A stretch of DNA of 12,775 nt from an uncultured archaeon (lineage in GTDB: Archaea > Iainarchaeota > Iainarchaeia > Iainarchaeales > CSSED10-239): contig CAZPGO010000020.1 in the NCBI GenBank assembly GCA_964586355.1, positions 1 through 12,775 on the forward strand, in the 5' to 3' direction. The notes below the pieces were generated by a model. That model was not told the origin of the DNA. It did not search any database and worked only from the letters and a program-made list of their open reading frames with translations. Positions 1 to 5,898 of the stretch are shown one piece after another. The translations under genes and the position numbers were made by a program. Positions within the stretch are counted from its first letter, which is position 1, and each line of letters begins with the position of its first letter.

Positions 1-491
1 CCGTCTGAATCTGTGTTTGTAGATAGTTTCTTTCCTTCTGAATCTACTTGATTTGTTAACTTTAAATATTCTTCTAACTGTTGACCAAATTTATCTTTGT
101 ATACAAAGTCTTTTCCGGTATTATATGGTGGATCAATGTAAATCATTTTTATTTTTTCAAAATAAGACTTTTGTAAGATTTTAAGAACTTCTAAGTTATC
201 TCCTTCAATAAAAAGATTTTTAGTTGTATCAAAATCTACTGATTCTTCTCTTACTGGTTTTAATGTGCCTGTTGTTCTATCTTGGATTATTTGAAAACAC
301 CTTGCTTTTCCGGCCCACATCATTCCATACTTTTCTTTTTCAAGATCTATTTCTTCTCCAAGAGTTAATTTTAGTTTATCAAAATCTATCTTCCCTTCTG
401 TAACTATTTCAGGGAATAATTCTTTTAATCTATTTATATTTTCTGATTTAATATCCTTTGAATTGAGATCTACTTTCAATATTTCAGTCAT
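1..491 (-). CDS. mod: Type III R-M Mod-like DNA methyltransferase (beta-class N6A/N4C MTase). Only the N-terminal ~163 codons are present; the gene continues past the left edge.
   Basis: Absent from the supplied ORF track because it runs off the window. Hand translation from the ATG at 491..489 stays open to nt 1: MTEILKVDLNSKDIKSENINRLKELFPEIVTEGKIDFDKLKLTLGEEIDLEKEKYGMMWAGKARCFQIIQDRTTGTLKPVREESVDFDTTKNLFIEGDNLEVLKILQKSYFEKIKMIYIDPPYNTGKDFVYKDKFGQQLEEYLKLTNQVDSEGKKLSTNTDSDG. Catalytic motif IV DPPY lies at 123..134 (aa 120-123). It is preceded by the NLFIEGDNLEVLKxL block typical of Type III Mod / N6_N4 MTases. A GGTGA SD at 496..500 sits 4 nt from the ATG. Confidence 0.85.
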   Translation of the reverse strand, partial: MTEILKVDLNSKDIKSENINRLKELFPEIVTEGKIDFDKLKLTLGEEIDLEKEKYGMMWAGKARCFQIIQDRTTGTLKPVREESVDFDTTKNLFIEGDNLEVLKILQKSYFEKIKMIYIDPPYNTGKDFVYKDKFGQQLEEYLKLTNQVDSEGKKLSTNTDSD

Positions 492-553
492 AATTTCACC
501 AATATTTATTTTTAATACTAAATTTATTTAAATATATTTAATGTATTTTAATT
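492..553 (-). promoter_or_regulatory. Intergenic leader of mod: SD GGTGA (496..500) and a TATA-like TTTAAATA box (minus strand, 532->525, ~34 nt upstream of the ATG)
   Basis: Minus-strand reading: ...ATATATTTAAATAAATTTAGTATTAAAAATAAATATTGGTGAAATTATG. The 23-nt block at 514..536 recurs at 3467..3489 upstream of the HerA-like gene (21/23 identical). TATA-like strings are common in DNA this AT-rich, so the promoter call is weak. Confidence 0.35.
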
Positions 554-1681
554 TTAATTTTCTAAAAAATAATTCAGATCTTTATCATTATGATCTTTAT
601 TATATACTTTTAAATATAATAGATCTACAATTCTATTTGAGTTTTCTCCGTTTGAACCAAATTCAATCTTTCTTAAAATATCTGGAATAATGGTGGCATT
701 TTTACCATATCCGGGAGATTCTGATGTCGGACCATAATTTCTACTATATATTCCATCTATTGTATCGTTATATTTTGAATTAGAAAAATTTTTAATAAAA
801 ATAATGTCTGTGTTTTTATCAACACCATGATCTCCAATATATTTACCAATTTTTAAATAATTTATCTCATTATAATTTAAATCATAAATGTGCCCTATTC
901 TCTGATCTATAATACTTTGTTTAAAATACAAATGATTTTGATCCTTATATAAATATAAATAATTAGTATCATCTCCAAATCTAAAAATTTCACCCACATA
1001 ATCAATAGTTAGATCATTAAAATATAATCCCAAAAATATTGTATAATTTTGATCTTCTGATAATTTAACAATCCCTTTTGTGTTTTTTGTAATTGTTAAT
1101 GCCATTTGATCATTAATTTTAGATTTAGATAATATTTTAGAATAAACTAAAGCATCATTTCTACAATTAGAATAATCTAATAAATAATAATAAGATGAAA
1201 ATCCAGTTGATGTGGTTCTTTCAACATTAAGATCTAATATTTTATTATCACACAAACCACTTTTATATAAATTAATTAATTCATTAAACCCACTATTATA
1301 ATCTGAAATATTTTTATTAACATCCACAGCAAAATTATAATAATTTAATTTACAATCATTATTTTCTTTTGTTACTTGATCTAAATTAGATTTGATTTTA
1401 TCACAATCAACTTTTGCAGATAATAATGAATTATTTAAATTTAAATATTCTTCGTTAGCGGTTTTTAAATTTTTTGACAATTCTAAATTTCTATTATTTA
1501 CTGAATTATTTTCTACAATAGAAATAAATAATAAAAAACTTAAAATTAATATCGCAATTGTTGAGCCAGCTAATCTTTTAGATTTAATATTAGCTCCACA
1601 TTTAGAACAATGCCTTGCATTAATTCTATTTTCGTGCCCACAACTGGAACATATTTTTTTATCTTTTAAACTTTTTGTCAC
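554..1681 (-). CDS. Zinc-ribbon single-pass membrane protein with a Cys-containing stalk and a beta-rich (possibly LamG/ConA-like) C-terminal domain; function unknown
   Basis: 375-aa ORF. GTG start at 1681 overlaps the upstream stop as GTGA, and a GGTGA SD at 1688..1692 sits 6 nt upstream. CxxCG-x9-CxxCG zinc ribbon at aa 11-28 (nt 1598..1651). Hydrophobic helix LAGSTIAILILSFLLFISIV at aa 37-56 (nt 1514..1573). A short coiled-coil-like stretch follows, then a Y/N/I-rich region predicted to be beta-rich. The C-terminal ...IVDLLYLKVYNKDHNDKDL resembles the end of LamG-type jelly rolls; this is a weak by-eye impression only. Confidence 0.75.
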   Translation of the reverse strand: MTKSLKDKKICSSCGHENRINARHCSKCGANIKSKRLAGSTIAILILSFLLFISIVENNSVNNRNLELSKNLKTANEEYLNLNNSLLSAKVDCDKIKSNLDQVTKENNDCKLNYYNFAVDVNKNISDYNSGFNELINLYKSGLCDNKILDLNVERTTSTGFSSYYYLLDYSNCRNDALVYSKILSKSKINDQMALTITKNTKGIVKLSEDQNYTIFLGLYFNDLTIDYVGEIFRFGDDTNYLYLYKDQNHLYFKQSIIDQRIGHIYDLNYNEINYLKIGKYIGDHGVDKNTDIIFIKNFSNSKYNDTIDGIYSRNYGPTSESPGYGKNATIIPDILRKIEFGSNGENSNRIVDLLYLKVYNKDHNDKDLNYFLEN

Positions 1682-3432
1682 AATTTTTCACCACAACAAT
1701 CACAATAATCTGATTTTGTTTTTAATAAAAGACCACACTTGTTACAATATTTTGAATTTTTTAAATTAGTTTTATCAAAATCACCATATTCTTCTGCTAA
1801 CTCTAATACTTGCTTAGACTTGCGTTCTGTATTCAATAAATATTTAATATTTTTTAATTTGTTAGACAATTCTGATATGTTTCCTTCTAAAGAAAGCATA
1901 ATTGATTTATCTTTTTCTAATTTGTTTTCTAAATCAGATATAATTTTTATTTGATCTTTATGTTTAGTTTCTAATAACTGAAATTTATCAAAAAGAATTT
2001 TCTTGCTTTTTACTAAATCAGACAATTCAGATTTTAAATCAATTAACTGCTTTTCTAATTTTTCTTTTTGATTAGATTGCTCAGCAAGTTCTTTTTTAGA
2101 ATCTGCAATTTCAGCAGCATATTTTGATACTTTGCCAGATAAATCACTTATTTGATTAGTTAAATCAATTATTTTATTTTCTTTATGTGATAATCTTAAA
2201 TTTTGTTCTTTTGAGATTTTAATATATTTTTCTAATTCTCGCTTTATTCTTTCTTGTTCCTGAATTTTTCTTTTTTCTATATTCACACTTGCATTAAAAT
2301 ATTCTGAAAATTTGTCTTCATCAAAATTTTTTTCAATTTTATCAAAACCAGGACGATCTTTTACTAAAGTAATTTTTAATTTTTGCGCTTTATTTGTAGA
2401 TGAAAATAAAGAATAACCTAAACCTGGGGATAACAAATTTCTAAAATTAGATTTATCTATTTGAAAAATTTTAGATAATGCAATAGCGTCTTTATCAGAA
2501 TTTGCTCTAAAACCAAGATATGCACCAGTATTTGCTCTTATAATTTCAGAAAAATCATCAGCACTTTGAGAAGCTAAAATTATACCTAGTCCGTATTTTC
2601 TAGATTCTCGAAGTATTTTATCAATAGGAGAATCTTCATATGCTAACCTGTGTGCTTCATCAATTACACAATATAATTCTAAATCAGATTTCCCTTTTAT
2701 ATATAAGTGATTAATTAATTTGCGTAATATTATTTCTGCAATTAAAGACTTTACCTCGTCTGTTGGATAATCGTTTAATTTTAATACGCTTGTTTTAGTT
2801 AAAATTTCTTTAAAAGGAATTGTTGTTTCGTTAGCATTAACAAATAAGGGTGTATCAAATATCACTCCAATTTTAGAAATTAATTTTTCAACATCAGGAT
2901 TAATTTTAGGCTCTTTTTCTCCTTTCGGGTCAAAAATCATTTTTTGAGAAAGCATAATTTTTTTAAATACAATAAATGGGAGTAATTGTACTGGTTTTTC
3001 ATTTTTTTGATGTAGATCTATAATTTCAGATTGAACATAAAATTCTTTTATAGATTCTCTAATAATACTAAATTGTATATCCCCTAAATGAAATATGTTC
3101 TTAAACATTTGACTAACTCTATAAGCAACATCTATTGGTCTTTCATTTGGTTGAATTTCAAGAGGATGAATTGTTGCACCGGTTTTTTCGAAATCAATTA
3201 TATTGTCTGACAATTGTTTGAAATCATCGTGAAAATCGATAACTAACGTATTAATTTTATTTTTACTTAATTCGAAAATAATTGATTTAATGGTTTCTGT
3301 TTTTCCAGAACCAGAACCCCCAATTAAAAGTAAATGTGGGTTGTGTTCATTCTGTGGAACCCAACAAATGTTAGAGTCTATTTCTGTATTTCCTGAATAT
3401 CCTTTACCTAAAAATATTTCTAATTTTTGCAA
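1678..3432 (-). CDS. HerA/FtsK-like (DUF87-type) P-loop ATPase with a ~180-aa C-terminal coiled coil and a terminal zinc ribbon
   Basis: 584-aa ORF. TTG start at 3432 with an AGGTGA SD at 3437..3442 (4-nt spacer). Walker A LLLIGGSGSGKT at aa 35-45 (GGSGSGKT = nt 3298..3321). Walker B LYCVIDEAHRL (VIDEAH = nt 2650..2667, aa 256-261). The block RESRKYGLGIILASQSADDF is typical of HerA/FtsK/VirB4-clade ATPases. Residues ~370-555 are heptad-like and K/E/L-rich. The C-terminus YCNKCG-x10-CDCCG forms a zinc ribbon (Cys codons span nt 1693..1746). Confidence 0.85.
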   Translation of the reverse strand: MQKLEIFLGKGYSGNTEIDSNICWVPQNEHNPHLLLIGGSGSGKTETIKSIIFELSKNKINTLVIDFHDDFKQLSDNIIDFEKTGATIHPLEIQPNERPIDVAYRVSQMFKNIFHLGDIQFSIIRESIKEFYVQSEIIDLHQKNEKPVQLLPFIVFKKIMLSQKMIFDPKGEKEPKINPDVEKLISKIGVIFDTPLFVNANETTIPFKEILTKTSVLKLNDYPTDEVKSLIAEIILRKLINHLYIKGKSDLELYCVIDEAHRLAYEDSPIDKILRESRKYGLGIILASQSADDFSEIIRANTGAYLGFRANSDKDAIALSKIFQIDKSNFRNLLSPGLGYSLFSSTNKAQKLKITLVKDRPGFDKIEKNFDEDKFSEYFNASVNIEKRKIQEQERIKRELEKYIKISKEQNLRLSHKENKIIDLTNQISDLSGKVSKYAAEIADSKKELAEQSNQKEKLEKQLIDLKSELSDLVKSKKILFDKFQLLETKHKDQIKIISDLENKLEKDKSIMLSLEGNISELSNKLKNIKYLLNTERKSKQVLELAEEYGDFDKTNLKNSKYCNKCGLLLKTKSDYCDCCGEKL

Positions 3433-3505
3433 GTTGTCACCTATGATAATCTATAAATATATTATAAATACTTAACTTATTTAAATATACTTTATTATTA
3501 TAATT
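3433..3505 (-). promoter_or_regulatory. Intergenic leader of the HerA-like gene: SD AGGTGA (3437..3442) and a TATA-like TTTAAATA box (minus strand, 3485->3478)
   Basis: Minus-strand reading: AATAAAGTATATTTAAATAAGTTAAGTATTTATAATATATTTATAGATTATCATAGGTGACAACTTG. The 23-nt box at 3467..3489 matches 514..536 at 21/23 positions. Confidence 0.35.
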
Positions 3506-4435
3506 TTAAATTAATTTATCTAATTTAAAATGTAATTTATAAGTATAAAATGATATGTTCTTTGTAACACTTAGTGCGCGTCTTATTCTTATATCGTCTT
3601 CAAATGCAACAATTATACCTTTTACTATTTGACCTTTTTCTAATAGTTCATCTTGTACATAGCCCATATATCTTTGTATTTGACCTACAACAATGTCGCT
3701 TGCTCTACCTTTTTTTAATTCTATTACTAATAGTTCTTTCTTATCTCTGCTTATTGCTAATATGTCAATATTACCTGTGTCACTGGGGTATTGTTGTCCA
3801 ACAATTTCCCCATCTTCTGTAAATATATCATATTCTCTTCCTAGTTCTGTTTTTGACCAATTTTTTATTAAAAATTCTTCTAAATGTTGCTCTAAAGCAA
3901 AAACACTAGCATCTTCGATTGTTTCATCTGTTGAAATTATTTTTGGAGGTTTACATCCAGACATTAATGATTCTATTTCAGATTCATATTTTGAAATATT
4001 ACTTACTGTTCCTATAGATCCTGTTGAATTTTTAAGTTCTTGACTCATTTCATCTCTATTAATTGTTTTTAAATACCATTTCACTGCTCTTCTATGAGGC
4101 AATTGTTGATCTGCTTTATATTCATAATTACTTACAACTTCTCCCACATAATAATTACCAATCCCATCTGGACATAAAACAACGTCTCCAATTTGTATTC
4201 CTTTAATTATTGTCCAAAGCATCCCACAAGCAAGTCCTGCTGATATTTTTATTTTATCTGGATTTTGTTCTAAAAATACAGGTATAAATTCTTTATTAAA
4301 ATCTCTCCAATTATCTACTAAATGATTAGATAAATCTTTAGATTTTATTAACTCTGCACCAATATAATTTCCTTTATATGATTCTTCAGCAAATACACTT
4401 TTTTTACCTAACATTATTCTATAATATTTTTTCAT
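3506..4435 (-). CDS. NucS/DUF91-like PD-(D/E)xK endonuclease domain (C-terminal) fused to an unassigned ~165-aa N-terminal domain
   Basis: 309-aa ORF with an ATG at 4435 and a GAGGGT SD-like site at 4446..4451. The C-terminal half reads LEQHLEEFLIKNWSKTELGREYDIFTEDGEIVGQQYPSDTGNIDILAISRDKKELLVIELKKGRASDIVVGQIQRYMGYV. This is the D...E-x-K core (IDIL / IELK) followed by the GQ(I/L)xRYMG helix characteristic of NucS C-terminal/DUF91 nucleases. The N-terminal half (YYRIMLGKKS...GLACGMLWTIIKGIQIGDVVLCPDG...LPHRRAVKW) recalls a conserved bacterial family that I cannot name with certainty. Confidence 0.75.
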   Translation of the reverse strand: MKKYYRIMLGKKSVFAEESYKGNYIGAELIKSKDLSNHLVDNWRDFNKEFIPVFLEQNPDKIKISAGLACGMLWTIIKGIQIGDVVLCPDGIGNYYVGEVVSNYEYKADQQLPHRRAVKWYLKTINRDEMSQELKNSTGSIGTVSNISKYESEIESLMSGCKPPKIISTDETIEDASVFALEQHLEEFLIKNWSKTELGREYDIFTEDGEIVGQQYPSDTGNIDILAISRDKKELLVIELKKGRASDIVVGQIQRYMGYVQDELLEKGQIVKGIIVAFEDDIRIRRALSVTKNISFYTYKLHFKLDKLI

Positions 4436-4471
4436 AATATTTTCAACCCTCTTATTTTTTAATTATTTAAT

Positions 4472-5215
4472 CTAATCAATTATTTTATGTAATATCTCTT
4501 TAAAGTCAATATATTTATTCTGATTATATAATTCTTCAATTTCTTTAAGACTAAACGGTTTAGTTTCATTATTAATATTAATTTTAGGCTTTAATTTATC
4601 ATTCTTAACTATATAATATGGACTAGCACTAAATTTAAATAAAGGAAATATATAGTTAAAAATTTCGTCATCTTCTGATTTCTTTGTTTCAAAAGTTTCT
4701 TTAAATTTTTTATTTACATTATTATAGCTTTCAAATATATAAAATATCTTTTTCTTGTCTATTTTAAATTCATTTGATAATTCTTCAACTCTATTAAAAT
4801 AATTTTTATTTTCAATTAGTTTACGATCCCAACCAATAGTGGTTTTTATTTCTATAATTGCTTGATTTTTACCATCTTTTTTAATCAAAATATCTGGTCG
4901 CAATTTATTTTGTTTTTCTTCTAATATAATCTCATATTCTTCTGGCAAAACATTTTTTAAATAAAAAGCGATTATATCTTGAAATATATCAGATAAAGAA
5001 GAATATATTTTTCTTTTAAACTCTATTTTATGTCTCCATTGTGCCAATCTTATTGAAAATAAATCTAAATATATTAATTTAGAAATGTCCTCTGTTTCAG
5101 AAATTTTATTTTTTTCTAGAAAAGCATCTAGAAACAAAGCATATTTGTCTCCAATTTTTGATTTAAACACAATCATTTCCCTTTTTATTTTCTTTTTTTG
5201 GTAATTCATTAACAT
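4472..5215 (-). CDS. Small PD-(D/E)xK (restriction-endonuclease-fold) protein; start uncertain (ATG at 5215, 5209 or 5176)
   Basis: 247-aa ORF. The core EEYEIILEE...LRPDILIKKDGKNQAIIEIKT (nt 4841..4900) gives a textbook E...PD...(E)xK arrangement (PD at aa 107-108, EIK about 14 aa later). It overlaps the upstream gene by 53 nt if the start is 5215, or by 14 nt if the start is 5176. No strong SD supports any of the three candidate starts. Confidence 0.6.
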   Translation of the reverse strand: MLMNYQKKKIKREMIVFKSKIGDKYALFLDAFLEKNKISETEDISKLIYLDLFSIRLAQWRHKIEFKRKIYSSLSDIFQDIIAFYLKNVLPEEYEIILEEKQNKLRPDILIKKDGKNQAIIEIKTTIGWDRKLIENKNYFNRVEELSNEFKIDKKKIFYIFESYNNVNKKFKETFETKKSEDDEIFNYIFPLFKFSASPYYIVKNDKLKPKININNETKPFSLKEIEELYNQNKYIDFKEILHKIID

Positions 5216-5891
5216 AATTTATTATTAAATTATCAATTAATTTTGGTTTAGGCATGATAATTTGTTTTCTTTCTAAATTTTTATAATATTTGTCTATATC
5301 GTTTTTTTTATTATTAAGTAATTCTTTGCCTAAATTTAATACTTTTAAAAAAGATCGACATTGCTTATCAGATCGCCCATAAAATGTTATTATTTTTGAA
5401 GTGTAAGCATTATCCATTGGAATAATTAAATCTGGTAATAAAAAATGAAGTGTTTTTGAAATTGAAACAAATTTAGATTCTGATTTTTTCTCTTGCTTAT
5501 TAACTGTTACAAAAGATAGATTTGTAAATAATTGATTAAACTTCTTACCAATCTCTGAGTTTTCTGATATTTCTTCTTTTATATTTTCTAATTTTTTAAT
5601 TTTCCAAAAATATTCTAAATTTGAGCTTTGACTTTGTAATTGTTTTTTAAAATCTTCAAATGAAACTAACCAACTTTGCCCCCTATTTAATCTCCAAGCA
5701 ATTAAACAAGCATAACATCTTTCTAGAAATTGATCATTATCTAGTTTATCTGATATTGACAGATCTTTTGATTCTAATATTTTTATATAAAAATATTCTG
5801 ATGCAGGAGAAAACATTTCTTTTTCATCTATTGCTAAATATTTAGAAATATCTTTATTACAAAAAATTTTGAATTCTTCTAAATTAGTCAT
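5163..5891 (-). CDS. Hypothetical, mostly alpha-helical protein (~243 aa); family not recognised, with a weak resemblance to HhH-GPD/OGG-fold proteins
   Basis: The ORF track gives 5163..5933, but that uses a TTG start lying inside the helicase gene. The first ATG (5891, MTNLEEFKIF...) lies 7 nt after the helicase stop (5899) and is preferred. There is no nucleotide-binding or nuclease motif. The segment SKTLHFLLPDLIIPMDNAYTSKI resembles the (K)xLHFxxP-x-hhPhxD stretch of OGG-fold/HhH-GPD-like proteins. This comparison is from memory and unverified. Confidence 0.6.
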   Translation of the reverse strand: MTNLEEFKIFCNKDISKYLAIDEKEMFSPASEYFYIKILESKDLSISDKLDNDQFLERCYACLIAWRLNRGQSWLVSFEDFKKQLQSQSSNLEYFWKIKKLENIKEEISENSEIGKKFNQLFTNLSFVTVNKQEKKSESKFVSISKTLHFLLPDLIIPMDNAYTSKIITFYGRSDKQCRSFLKVLNLGKELLNNKKNDIDKYYKNLERKQIIMPKPKLIDNLIINYVNELPKKENKKGNDCV

Positions 5892-5898
5892 ATTTTTC

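Noticed and set aside
1392-1954. Plus-strand ORFs 1392..1769 (125 aa) and 1739..1954 (71 aa)
   Set aside because: They lie entirely antisense to the well-supported minus-strand genes 554..1681 and 1678..3432. Their translations are low-complexity and F/L/I/N-rich, have no motifs and lack an SD. They are typical shadow ORFs of AT-rich DNA.
1678-3432. Housekeeping HerA of the archaeal HerA-NurA-Mre11-Rad50 end-resection operon
   Set aside because: No NurA, Mre11 or Rad50 genes are nearby. The protein starts almost directly at the P-loop, leaving no room for the N-terminal HAS barrel, and it has an atypical coiled-coil/Zn-ribbon tail. It is more likely a divergent DUF87-type ATPase.
3290-4043. 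Plus-strand ORFs 3290..3475, 3574..3822 and 3693..4043
   Set aside because: They are antisense shadows of the HerA-like and NucS-like genes. The sequences are L/F/S-rich with no recognisable domain, and they overlap each other in different frames.
5660-5845. Plus-strand 61-aa ORF
   Set aside because: It is antisense to the 5163..5891 gene, low-complexity, and has no start context.
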